Shown: piece after piece, positions 8,253 through 16,300 of the stretch
Numbering within the stretch: the stretch's first letter is position 1
Layout of the letters: the number at the start of each line of letters is the position of its first letter
IMG/VR virus record: IMGVR_UViG_3300014293_000002
Location: 1 to 32,478 of that record
Source: a virus
Length of the DNA stretch: 32,478 nt
Direction: 5' to 3' (one strand)
The notes under the pieces: generated by a model
What the model saw: the letters and a program-made list of their open reading frames with translations, nothing else
What the model was told of the DNA's origin: nothing
The model's database searches: none
Position numbers and translations under genes: made by a program

Positions 8253-9097
8253 TGATACACAACTTAGTTTTAAAGGCCGTTCGTAGTGACGGCCTAATAT
8301 TTCACTACGAGTCAGACGACTGGCGAACTACTTCCGTTACGGGGGTAGACGCAGCGGATATAGAAGTTTCGAAAGAAGCAAGAGGAGTTGGAGACGGTGC
8401 AATTATCACAGGAAGGCGCAGACTTCCGAGGGAGATAACTATTACTGCACAGGCACAGAATCACGAGGCTAGAGCGAAGGCTCAAGGGTTCCACAACAAC
8501 CGTTATAGAGTCGACCTATACATCACCTATAACGGAGTAACTCGAATTGCGAAGGATTGCGAACTTACTGGAAAGTCAATTCCGACAAAGAACGTTTACA
8601 AGCGTCCGGATATGACTATAAAATTCTTGTCACCTCATGCTGACTTGTTTGCTGTAGAAGGTGATCAGACGAGCTTTAGCAAGAGACAACCTCTATGGGC
8701 GTGGCCTCATGCGTTTAGAAGTGGTGCGAAGCGGAACTTTTCAAGAGAAGAGGTCGCAACCGAAAAGGTTATCGAATATCTTGGCTCTTCCCCAGCACAG
8801 CCTATTATCGAGATTGAGTCTCAAGGGTATGCAAAGAATATCACCGTTAAGGTTAATGACAGGGTTGCAATTCTAAATGTGGAGCTCAAGAAGGGCGACA
8901 CAATCACAATTGATACATCTCGGTCCTATGCGGTGCATAACAACAAGATACTTGCGTTAGGTACGGACGACGATCCTTACGACTTTAGGCAGTTTGTGCT
9001 CGATTACGGCGACAATGTTGTCAAGGTCGATGCAGAGGCGGGGGCTTCTGCACTGAGGACGAGCATAGAGTATGTAGGGAGGTACGATGGCGTATGA
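8252..9097 (+). CDS. Distal tail protein (Dit-like)
   Basis: Start at ATG 8252 (TAATG with the TMP stop). 281 aa, first gene after the TMP. Confidence 0.7.
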   Translation: MIHNLVLKAVRSDGLIFHYESDDWRTTSVTGVDAADIEVSKEARGVGDGAIITGRRRLPREITITAQAQNHEARAKAQGFHNNRYRVDLYITYNGVTRIAKDCELTGKSIPTKNVYKRPDMTIKFLSPHADLFAVEGDQTSFSKRQPLWAWPHAFRSGAKRNFSREEVATEKVIEYLGSSPAQPIIEIESQGYAKNITVKVNDRVAILNVELKKGDTITIDTSRSYAVHNNKILALGTDDDPYDFRQFVLDYGDNVVKVDAEAGASALRTSIEYVGRYDGV

Positions 9098-10281
9098 TAC
9101 AGTTCTTTGATAAGTTCATGAATCGCCTAGAGGATCTCGACTTCATAGAAGTGACATGGAATCGTAAGTGGACCGAGCCGGGTGACTTCTCTATACATCT
9201 CGCAGCTAAAGACTGGAATAAACACGCAAAGTTCGTACGCAACACGGGACGTCCGGAGACGGGCATCATCCAGAAGACTGTATACGAGGTAACTGCACAA
9301 GGTGCGATGGTGACTGTATCAGGCTTCTTCGCTGAAAAGGTGCTGTCTAAAGTCGTATTGCACTCGGATGAGAATGTTAACGAGAGAGGGGCGACTGTTG
9401 TGTTCGGACTTTTTGCAAACATCAATTCTAGCGCACTGGGGCAATACTCCTCGCATTTAACTGACCACAGCATACCGCCCTCGGTACCTGGGCAAGTGTG
9501 GGGCGACTACGACGCTGAATGGATGCCGGAGCTAGTCTATTCGTTCAAAGGGGGAACCGACGCAGCGACATCGCTATATGATGCTTGTTTGCTGTATGGG
9601 CTGAGCATATCGGTCGAAGTCGCGGAGACGTACAAAGAGTCTGTTGACTGGATAGAGGAGTGGCAACGCAAAATAAAAGAGCCGCACTTCCTATACAAGG
9701 TGTACCCTCTTCACGGACGAGATTTAAGAAACAAAGTAATCTTCGGAGTTGGCTGGGCGAATGTCTCGAAAATCGAATATATCTACGACGATAGCGGAGT
9801 AGTTTCGATTGTAGAGGCTAGACAGACAATGGAGGAGACCGGCTTTTCAAAAGAAGAGCTAGTCACAGATGAGCAAGGCAACACTAAGAGCTTAATTCGA
9901 GAGTTCTATATTGATGAAGGGAATCGTCCTCGGGACCTTGACTTGTACCCCAAAAAGGTAATTCAAGGCAACGTATCCGGCATAGAGCTTAAGGTATCCA
10001 ACGAATCAACCATTAGGGAGCAACTGCGGAACCAAGCGAAACTCGAGATGCTGAATAACTGGAAGCAAGAAACAATAAACGTTGATGTGCTACAGAACAC
10101 GTTCTACTACTTGCAGGACTACAATCTAGGCGACATATGTACGATAGTCCTTGATGATATAGAGCAGATGTTCACAGCTCGAATCATGGAAGTTAAAGAG
10201 GTGCATCGCAAGAACACAGTAGAGGTACAACTTGTTATGGGGACACCTCGCAAACAGAACTATGTCGCTTTAAGTATTTAA
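9094..10281 (+). CDS. Tail-associated (Tal / Sipho_Gp37-like) baseplate hub protein
   Basis: 395 aa, ATGA overlap with Dit, second gene after the TMP. Confidence 0.65.
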   Translation: MIQFFDKFMNRLEDLDFIEVTWNRKWTEPGDFSIHLAAKDWNKHAKFVRNTGRPETGIIQKTVYEVTAQGAMVTVSGFFAEKVLSKVVLHSDENVNERGATVVFGLFANINSSALGQYSSHLTDHSIPPSVPGQVWGDYDAEWMPELVYSFKGGTDAATSLYDACLLYGLSISVEVAETYKESVDWIEEWQRKIKEPHFLYKVYPLHGRDLRNKVIFGVGWANVSKIEYIYDDSGVVSIVEARQTMEETGFSKEELVTDEQGNTKSLIREFYIDEGNRPRDLDLYPKKVIQGNVSGIELKVSNESTIREQLRNQAKLEMLNNWKQETINVDVLQNTFYYLQDYNLGDICTIVLDDIEQMFTARIMEVKEVHRKNTVEVQLVMGTPRKQNYVALSI

Positions 10282-10291
10282 GGAGGTTTAA

Positions 10292-11017
10292 ATGATCGCA
10301 TTACCATTACAGTCGCACTTCGATTCAGACCCTAACGGCGATAGGGCGGTATCAGATAGCGACGTAAGAGAAGTATTTAAGTCAATATGGGGGAACGGAG
10401 TCACGACAGTTAAGTCCGACGGCTCAGACCTGCAGGTTCAATCCCATAGCGGTATGAAGGTTAAAGTAATGCCAGGAGGATGTGTTATAGAGGGCGCAAT
10501 CGGCAGACAGACGAATGAGTTAACAATCAACATCAGTAACTCTCACCCTTCGTTAAAGAGAATCGACAGAATAGTTGCAAGGCTCGACTTGTCCGACAGC
10601 GTAAGAAGTATCGATGTGTACAAGAGAGAAGGTGTACCGTCCAATACACCAGTTGCTCCAGACCTCATAAAGCAACCGAATTACTTCGAGATTGCTCTAG
10701 GGGATATATACGTAGGCGCTGGAGTGTCTGAGATAACAGCGGCGGCAATTCTCGACCAAAGACCAGATAGAGAGCTGTGCGGCTTTGTCTTGCCAGCATT
10801 CCCGGTTAATTTTAGTCTAGAAGCAATGACATCGAGATGGCAGAGCATACTAGAGGGGGCAATTGATGGCACTGCAGCTGGGAAATTGCAGAACAGTATC
10901 AACGAACTACAGAAAGAACTGCAGAAACTAAATGCATCAACAGATGATGTTAAGATTGATAACGCTAATGCAGAGAATGAGCTTGCTTCATTCTTTGGAT
11001 CGTCAATAAGAGCATAG
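10292..11017 (+). CDS. Tail fibre / receptor-binding module protein
   Basis: 241 aa. The N-terminal region (...GMKVKVMPGGCVIEGAIG...RIDRIVARLD...ILDQRPDRELCGFV) looks like the conserved N-domain of Firmicutes phage fibre proteins, followed by a short coiled coil. Confidence 0.5.
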   Translation: MIALPLQSHFDSDPNGDRAVSDSDVREVFKSIWGNGVTTVKSDGSDLQVQSHSGMKVKVMPGGCVIEGAIGRQTNELTINISNSHPSLKRIDRIVARLDLSDSVRSIDVYKREGVPSNTPVAPDLIKQPNYFEIALGDIYVGAGVSEITAAAILDQRPDRELCGFVLPAFPVNFSLEAMTSRWQSILEGAIDGTAAGKLQNSINELQKELQKLNASTDDVKIDNANAENELASFFGSSIRA

Positions 11018-11036
11018 AGTATAAGGGGGTGGAAAA

Positions 11037-11456
11037 ATGATAAGTGTGCTTAAAACTTTGATTGAAATAAAGAAAATGCTAGCAACAATTGAAACAAAAA
11101 AACTGCTCTGGTCAAACGCAAGACCAAATTCGGAATTTTCGTCACAATCGCTAACGATTGATGGGAGCTATGATGAGTATATCATTGAGTGGAACGACTA
11201 CATGGGCGAAAATGCTAGATCTAGTTTAAGTTTGAAAAAAGGCGAATCCGTCAAATTCTGTGCACCATCGATTGGTGGCGGTGGAACAAATTTCTGGGTA
11301 AACGCGAGGACGGTTGCAAGTTCTGGGAGTGGTAGCTCACATAGAATCACGTTCGGAAACGGTACATACAAATCCCAAGGCAACACATCAGTAGCAACAA
11401 CAAATGCTGCAATGATCCCAGTGAGGATATATGGCATCAAGAAGCTTGGTAATTAG
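11037..11456 (+). CDS. Hypothetical tail-tip/host-recognition module protein
   Basis: 139 aa. RBS gggggtgg. Ends with tandem stops TAG TAG (11454-11459). No family recognised. Confidence 0.5.
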   Translation: MISVLKTLIEIKKMLATIETKKLLWSNARPNSEFSSQSLTIDGSYDEYIIEWNDYMGENARSSLSLKKGESVKFCAPSIGGGGTNFWVNARTVASSGSGSSHRITFGNGTYKSQGNTSVATTNAAMIPVRIYGIKKLGN

Positions 11457-11473
11457 TAGCGGAGGATTATTGA

Positions 11474-11692
11474 ATGATAGATTGGACAAGCATTATAGTG
11501 GCTGTTGTGACGGCTACAGGAGCAGGAGCAGGGTCACTATACGGAATCCGTAAAACAAGCTGCTTAACTGACTTCAAGATTGACAGATTGACCGAGGAAG
11601 TTAGGAGGCATAACGATTTCGCTAGTCGCATCCCTATTATCGAAGAGAAGCTAAAGGTAGTAAATCATCGTCTTGATGATCTCGAAAAATAA
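11474..11692 (+). CDS. Small membrane-anchored coiled-coil protein (holin-associated, XhlA-like?)
   Basis: 72 aa with an N-terminal TM segment (SIIVAVVTATGAGAGSLYGI) followed by a charged helix. It sits directly upstream of the holin. Confidence 0.55.
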   Translation: MIDWTSIIVAVVTATGAGAGSLYGIRKTSCLTDFKIDRLTEEVRRHNDFASRIPIIEEKLKVVNHRLDDLEK

Positions 11693-11712
11693 AAAATTAA
11701 ATAAGTTAGTTA

Positions 11713-11737
11713 GCCGGGTGAAAGCTCGGCATTTTTA
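11713..11737 (+). terminator. Weak intrinsic terminator between the membrane protein and the holin
   Basis: Stem gccggg/ctcggc (6 bp, one G-U pair) is followed by atttttatt. Confidence 0.5.
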
Positions 11738-11757
11738 TTGCTAAAAGGAGGTAGATT

Positions 11758-12102
11758 ATGAGAATCAATTGGAAAGTAAGATTTAGAAATTACGCATGGC
11801 TGACAACATTTATGCTCGGTATGATTGCACTGTTGTATCAGTTCATAAAAGTGATTAATGCGGCAAGACAAGGAGTACCACCACAAGAGCTTTTAGAGGA
11901 GACAGCAAAGATGCTGTTATTTTTCCTGTGGCAGATTGGCGTAATAACTGACCCAACTACCAAAGGAACAAGTGACTCTAAAATGGCTATGACTTACAAA
12001 AAGCCTAGAGACGAGATTGGCGGAGAGCATACTCCGGGGTTTACTGCAATTTCACAAGAGGAACACGATCCATCAGATGCACCAACAGACAAGGAGGTGT
12101 AA
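11758..12102 (+). CDS. Holin (phi LC3 / Phage_holin_1 family)
   Basis: MRINWKVRFRNYAWLTTFMLGMIALL...VITDPTTKGTSDSKMAMTYKKPR matches the remembered signature of this holin family. It lies immediately upstream of the endolysin. Confidence 0.8.
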   Translation: MRINWKVRFRNYAWLTTFMLGMIALLYQFIKVINAARQGVPPQELLEETAKMLLFFLWQIGVITDPTTKGTSDSKMAMTYKKPRDEIGGEHTPGFTAISQEEHDPSDAPTDKEV

Positions 12103-12103
12103 G

Positions 12104-13036
12104 ATGAATGGGAACAAGGTTATAGAGTATGCTAGAAAATTCCTCGGACAAGGCTCTGCAACATTCGCAGATTGGTACTATGGTTCATCCTCGTACAGAG
12201 GATGGGCATGGTGCGCAGTCTTTGTGTCATACGTACTCTCCCATTTAGGCATTAAATGGGAGAAAAACAACAATGTCGCTAACGCACAGATTTGGTGTAG
12301 CAAAAATCTGAAATGGGTAAATCTGTCAGAGGCACAAGCTGGCGACATTGTTATATTCTGCTGGAGCGGGAAAGGATATAATTCCGGGAGCGGTTCGAGA
12401 GATCACATAGGGTTTGTGATAAACAGAAATGCAAACGGAACACTTACAACCCTCGAGGGAAACACAAGCGGTTCAAGGGTGGCTATAAGAATCAGATATC
12501 CTAAAAATATAAGAAATATATATAGGCCAGATTACTCGACAACTCCAACTGTAGGGTGGATTCAGGACTCAAAAGGTTGGTGGTACAGGACTAAAGAAGG
12601 TAACTACTATAAATCAACCTGGGCGCAGTTAAATGGTGCGTGGTACTACTTCGACAGTTCAGGCTATGCTGTTACTGGATGGAAAGAAATAAAGAATAAG
12701 TGGTACTATTTCAACAGCGATTGCAAGATGGTTACAGGGTGGCTGTCAATTGGCGGTAAGTGGTACTACTTAGAGCCCAACGACGGAAGTGCATATATAA
12801 GTGGTATGCATGCGATATCGGGAAAGAATTACTATTTTAACTCAGATGGAGTTATGCAAGTCGGATGGGTAAAAACCGATAACGAATGGCAGTTCTATAA
12901 TGATAATGGCAGTAGAGTTGAAAAGGGATTAGTTATGGGAGATAGTGCTGTCTTTGCTGTCAAGGATGGAAAGCTTATCACTAATGGAACGGTAGACATT
13001 AAAGCGGATAAAGACGGGGCAATTTCCGTTATGTAG
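12104..13036 (+). CDS. Endolysin: N-terminal CHAP-type amidase/peptidase plus C-terminal cell-wall-binding (CW_binding_1, WYYF) repeats
   Basis: Start at ATG 12104, which follows RBS aaggagg (12091-12097). Cys in WAWCAVFVSY and His in RDHIGFV form the CHAP pattern. About 6 repeats of G-W-x-x-x-x-x-K/G-WYYF lie in the C-terminal half. Confidence 0.9.
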   Translation: MNGNKVIEYARKFLGQGSATFADWYYGSSSYRGWAWCAVFVSYVLSHLGIKWEKNNNVANAQIWCSKNLKWVNLSEAQAGDIVIFCWSGKGYNSGSGSRDHIGFVINRNANGTLTTLEGNTSGSRVAIRIRYPKNIRNIYRPDYSTTPTVGWIQDSKGWWYRTKEGNYYKSTWAQLNGAWYYFDSSGYAVTGWKEIKNKWYYFNSDCKMVTGWLSIGGKWYYLEPNDGSAYISGMHAISGKNYYFNSDGVMQVGWVKTDNEWQFYNDNGSRVEKGLVMGDSAVFAVKDGKLITNGTVDIKADKDGAISVM

Positions 13037-13064
13037 TTAAAGGTATTTATAAAACGTCGAGATT

Positions 13065-13090
13065 GAGAGGGTAGCTCCCTCTCTTTTTTT
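13065..13090 (+). terminator. Rho-independent terminator ending the late/lysis operon
   Basis: Stem gagaggg/ccctctc has a 5-nt loop and is followed by ttttttt. Confidence 0.8.
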
Positions 13091-13230
13091 ATTGCATATT
13101 GATGTATGAAAATACATATCTTAATTTAGCGATGTTCCGAGTGTCACGATTTAGAGCCTGTAGCAATTGAAACACAAAGAATATATACGCGTCCCGGATG
13201 CGGTACCAATATAAACAGAGAAAAGCTAAA

Positions 13231-13271
13231 AGCCTTGTAACTACAGCAGTTGCAAGGCTCTTTTCTTTTTT
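13231..13271 (+). terminator. Second strong plus-strand terminator in the ORF-free attP region
   Basis: 11-bp stem agccttgtaac/gttgcaaggct (one G-U pair) has a 7-nt loop and is followed by cttttctttttt. Confidence 0.7.
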
Positions 13272-13317
13272 GTCTATATTACAGGTGTTCTAAATTGACC
13301 TGTTTTGTCGTGCCATG

Positions 13318-13333
13318 TGTGACATGTGTCACA
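13318..13333. repeat. Inverted repeat TGTGACA-tg-TGTCACA next to the integrase 3-prime end (candidate recombinase/attP site)
   Basis: Read directly from the sequence. It is also embedded in the direct repeat catgtgtgacatgtgtcac. There is no T-run on either side, so it is not an intrinsic terminator. Confidence 0.5.
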
Positions 13334-13349
13334 TTGAAGGAGTGTAAAT

Positions 13350-14366
13350 TTATGCATAATCGGTGTATATTGCCGTTTTTTCGTTATGTCCGTAAATAAA
13401 TGCATTATCGTTCCAATAATTCTCCAGCATAGGGAGTACCTTTACAGCCTCCTCGTATCTGCTGTGCGTGTATCGGTCTGTCATTCCCTCAAGAGAGTGT
13501 CCCGCTATTCGCTTAATATTTGCGATTGTCATGCCTGGGATATGCGCAAGGTCAGTTACATAACTGTGCCTAAAGCAATACGGCTCTAAGTCGGATTTTG
13601 GCAGTTTAAGGGTATCCTGCAACTTCTTAAAAGACCTAGTACGTTGATTAGCAGACAACTTGCAGATGTATTCGTTACCAAAACCTTTATTGCCGATTAG
13701 AAGACGGTCACGGAGCGATTCTGGGAGAGGCACATATCGCTTTGCGTTTTTGTTCTTCGTTCCGTCAACATATAGGTACCCTTCGCCAATATCCTTATAA
13801 CGGACTCTAGCGGTTTCTCCTGGTCGAAGACCGCACAGTATAACTAGATCTAGCCAAAGCATATGTCCTACATAGTTATTGCGCTCTATAATAGTTGCCT
13901 CCCGTCTTATCTTCTGCGGTGTAGCATCTGGGCAAGATACATACTCGCATGGGTCTTTACTGCATAGATCGTTTGCGAGAGCGAGACGGAATAGTTGCCT
14001 CAGTGCCGCAAGTACATTCTTAACATGACCTTTTGTGTGTCCTTTAGCTGCATTCTCGAGCACCATTGTGATATGTAGTTCTTTTACATTAGCTACTCTC
14101 ATTCCTCCTATAAGAGGGAGTATGTAATTATTAGTTATAGACTTGCGACCGTCAATAGTCTTCTGTGTTATGCTTGTCTTTGCATCTAGTCGGTCGTACC
14201 AGAGGTCAGATAGCTCGTTAACGGTAATAAAGCGACCAACATGTACACCGTGTTCGAGTTCCCACTTCATTCGTTCACGATTTGCAATCGCTTCTTCAAG
14301 TGTGCGCCCTTCGGCAAAATATCGCTTGCCATTATGGGTAAATGTCTTTCTAATCCTCTTTTTCAT
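13350..14366 (-). CDS. int: Tyrosine integrase
   Basis: Start chosen at ATG 14366, preceded by RBS aaggag, rather than 14447. It has an N-terminal SAM-like region. C-terminal motifs are GLRPGE, CFRHSYVTDL and IAGHSLEGMTDRYTH, the R..H-x-x-R..Y pattern of the phage integrase family. Confidence 0.9.
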   Translation of the reverse strand: MKKRIRKTFTHNGKRYFAEGRTLEEAIANRERMKWELEHGVHVGRFITVNELSDLWYDRLDAKTSITQKTIDGRKSITNNYILPLIGGMRVANVKELHITMVLENAAKGHTKGHVKNVLAALRQLFRLALANDLCSKDPCEYVSCPDATPQKIRREATIIERNNYVGHMLWLDLVILCGLRPGETARVRYKDIGEGYLYVDGTKNKNAKRYVPLPESLRDRLLIGNKGFGNEYICKLSANQRTRSFKKLQDTLKLPKSDLEPYCFRHSYVTDLAHIPGMTIANIKRIAGHSLEGMTDRYTHSRYEEAVKVLPMLENYWNDNAFIYGHNEKTAIYTDYA

Positions 14367-14492
14367 CGAAATACTCCTTATTTTGGGCACAAAAAGCACC
14401 ACTTTGATATACTTGTTGTAATTAAGTGGCGCTACTGATATACTCATTATCGATATAGTGTTGTGTTACTGGACTTTATACCAGTAGCTCCG

Positions 14493-14528
14493 AATCGCTC
14501 CTATTGGCGTAGGGGCGATTTTTTATTT
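14493..14528 (+). terminator. Orphan plus-strand intrinsic terminator upstream of int
   Basis: 9-bp stem aatcgctcc/ggggcgatt (one G-U pair) has a 10-nt loop and is followed by ttttatttaa. On the minus strand no U-run follows. Confidence 0.5.
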
Positions 14529-14561
14529 AATTAGAGGGGCAAATCCTCCGCACCGTAAACC

Positions 14562-14687
14562 CTATTGTTTTTTACGGGGTTTGTATACGTACCCACGTTG
14601 TATTTTATCTTGTATGTCATCAATATATCTATCTAACACTTCTTTGAATTCGCCACGATAAAATGTACTCTCTTTCGCAGTTAGCAT
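14562..14687 (-). CDS. Possible 41-aa ORF (MLTAKESTFYRGEFKEVLDRYIDDIQDKIQRGYVYKPRKKQ)
   Basis: ATG lies 4 nt after the TPR gene stop, so coupling is possible. No SD sequence and not in the ORF track. Low confidence. Confidence 0.25.
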   Translation of the reverse strand: MLTAKESTFYRGEFKEVLDRYIDDIQDKIQRGYVYKPRKKQ

Positions 14688-14691
14688 AAAA

Positions 14692-15258
14692 TCAAGGGCA
14701 CTGCTTTACTAGTACTTTTGAAATACTAATAGCCAAATCTGGAAAATACGGCGTAAGCTTGTATGCTGTTTTGTATGCATCAAGTGCTTTGTCAAATTCA
14801 TATTCACCTTCGTAGCACTTACCCAAATTGGAGTAAACATTTGAAATGCTTGCTTTGCGCTGGTCGACATCAACCCCGTCAGAATTTTTTACGTGGCCAT
14901 CTGGAAAATCTCTATACTCAAAAATATGCGGAATAAATTGTTCGAGGTAATAAATGGCCTCTTTGCGGTACCGTGCTCCAGCATACACGTAAATTTCTGA
15001 TATTAAATGCAACTCCTTCGGGTCAGCGGCGGGCTTGCAAAATTCTGCGGCCAGTGCAAGCGTTTCGGTTCTTGGTAAATCATATAGAAGAATCTTTCCT
15101 GTTATAAGAGACATTTTTTTCGAAGGAAAGATTGCGGTTAAGTGAGAAAATAATTCAGCTGCAACACTGATGTTTTTACCCCTCTTATGTACAAAGTTAA
15201 TCGCTTCTTCGAATTTTGTTTTTGCGGGCGGTACTTTGTTTCGTTTAAAAATATTCAT
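14692..15258 (-). CDS. TPR-like repeat protein, lysogeny-module accessory gene of unknown function
   Basis: 188 aa with no TM segment or signal peptide. The C-terminal NLGKCYEGEYEFDKALDAYKTAYKLTP is a clear TPR motif. The gene is co-oriented with int, immA and the repressor. Confidence 0.7.
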   Translation of the reverse strand: MNIFKRNKVPPAKTKFEEAINFVHKRGKNISVAAELFSHLTAIFPSKKMSLITGKILLYDLPRTETLALAAEFCKPAADPKELHLISEIYVYAGARYRKEAIYYLEQFIPHIFEYRDFPDGHVKNSDGVDVDQRKASISNVYSNLGKCYEGEYEFDKALDAYKTAYKLTPYFPDLAISISKVLVKQCP

Positions 15259-15325
15259 CTCATTAACTATTGCCTTTCATTGGATAGCCACCTGCAATAC
15301 TGTTTGGCGGTGACGCTATAAATAA

Positions 15326-15568
15326 CTATGCCATTAACTCGTGCCTCATAAGCTCAACGTCCTCTAACGGAATCATCCTATCAAGGTCATCACTCATTAT
15401 ATGCTTAAGTTCGTGGTTTATCGTGTCGTTTTGCTTATCGACCGAGTCTCTTGAGTTAACTATTATCGTGTAGTATGCTTGCCCATCCTCGTCGAAGTAG
15501 TACGCAGTCAATCCGTGTATCTTACAAGGTAAGTCCATATATTCTATCCTGTACATTCCTTCTTCCAT
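15326..15568 (-). CDS. Short ImmA/IrrE-family metallopeptidase (anti-repressor protease)
   Basis: 80 aa. ...LPCKIHGLTAYY...YTIIVNSRDS...NHELKHIMSDD contains the HExxH motif. It lies directly downstream of, and nearly overlapping, the XRE repressor gene. Confidence 0.8.
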   Translation of the reverse strand: MEEGMYRIEYMDLPCKIHGLTAYYFDEDGQAYYTIIVNSRDSVDKQNDTINHELKHIMSDDLDRMIPLEDVELMRHELMA

Positions 15569-15569
15569 A

Positions 15570-15953
15570 TCACTTACCCTCTTTTTGCTTTAACTTCTCT
15601 AGCAGTGTTGCAACGTATCTTATATCTTCCTCTGATACATCTCTTGCTGCGTCAAATAGAACGCGCAAATCATCTCTTTTATATAACTCCTCTGCAACTT
15701 TTGCAGCAGCAGAATCAAGGTAATATTTATACTCAATTGAGTCTTTCAATAGAGCTGAGCGCTCTACATCGAGATACTGACAAATCTTGTCTATTTTATC
15801 CATTCTAGGCATCTTGATACCCTTACACCAATTAGATACTGAGGCTTGTGTAACTCCGATATATTCAGCAAGTTCTTGCTGTGTTATGTTGCGCTCTTCT
15901 AAAAGTCTGTTCAGATTTTCTGAAACGATTCTATTTATTTCGTGTTCTGTCAT
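15570..15953 (-). CDS. CI-like XRE-family repressor
   Basis: N-terminal HTH_3 (NITQQELAEYIGVTQASVSNWCKG). The gene is divergent from the cro-like gene. Confidence 0.9.
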   Translation of the reverse strand: MTEHEINRIVSENLNRLLEERNITQQELAEYIGVTQASVSNWCKGIKMPRMDKIDKICQYLDVERSALLKDSIEYKYYLDSAAAKVAEELYKRDDLRVLFDAARDVSEEDIRYVATLLEKLKQKEGK

Positions 15954-15979
15954 TTTTTTATTCCCCTTCCCGTGAGAGC

Positions 15980-16008
15980 ATTATAATGTAAGAAGTTATA
16001 ATGTGCAA
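15980..16008 (-). promoter_or_regulatory. Candidate repressor promoter (minus strand)
   Basis: On the minus strand: TTGCAC (16008-16003), a 17-nt spacer, then TATAAT (15985-15980). The spacer contains an AAGTTAT operator half-site. Confidence 0.55.
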
Positions 16009-16026
16009 TACTAAAATTAAAAAAAT

Positions 16027-16068
16027 ATAACTTTAAGTATTGACAATAACTTTAAGTTATAATAGAAT
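16027..16068 (+). promoter_or_regulatory. Early rightward promoter with two operators
   Basis: -35 TTGACA is at 16040-16045, followed by a 17-nt spacer and -10 TAGAAT at 16063-16068. Operator ATAACTTTAAGTTAT (16046-16060) fills the spacer and a degenerate copy ATAACTTTAAGTAT (16027-16040) abuts the -35. Confidence 0.65.
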
Positions 16069-16098
16069 TAAGTCAACCCAAGGAGAGGAGGTGTCAAC

Positions 16099-16299
16099 TT
16101 GAGAAACGAATTACAGATTAGCTTGGCGGCTGCAAGAGTAAATGCAGGAATGACTCAAGAAGAGGTAGCTAAAAAGTTACGAGTATCTAAGAGTACTGTT
16201 CTGAACTGGGAGAAAGGCAAGGTCAGTCCTAAATATACTCAGTTCAAAATGCTATGCGATATTTATGACATATCAGGGGACTATATTTTTTTACCCTAG
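16099..16299 (+). CDS. Cro-like XRE-family HTH protein (TTG start)
   Basis: 66 aa. The HTH is MTQEEVAKKLRVSKSTVLNWEKG. RBS aggagaggagg lies 7 nt upstream of TTG 16099. Confidence 0.8.
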   Translation: MRNELQISLAAARVNAGMTQEEVAKKLRVSKSTVLNWEKGKVSPKYTQFKMLCDIYDISGDYIFLP

Positions 16300-16300
16300 A

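Noticed and set aside
10292-11456. Diversity-generating retroelement or other hypervariation system acting on the fibre genes
   Set aside because: No reverse transcriptase gene and no template/variable repeat pair could be found anywhere in the genome.
12017-12103. Longer N-terminal extensions offered by the track: lysin 12017, Dit 8213, 3137, 3556, ant 16265, int 14447, 17590, 18853
   Set aside because: In each case the extension overlaps the upstream gene. An internal start with a proper SD sequence or a TAATG/ATGA coupling gives the expected protein N-terminus.
13190-13212. ...gtcccggatgcggtacca looked like a tRNA 3-prime end (an att core inside a tRNA)
   Set aside because: There is no T-arm/T-loop consensus (GGTTCGAATCC-like) upstream and no complementary acceptor stem.
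14562-15258. Arbitrium/RRNPP-like communication module (TPR receptor followed by a small peptide gene)
   Set aside because: The TPR protein is only 188 aa and has no HTH or other output domain. The 41-aa ORF has no hydrophobic signal sequence or export motif and no SD sequence.
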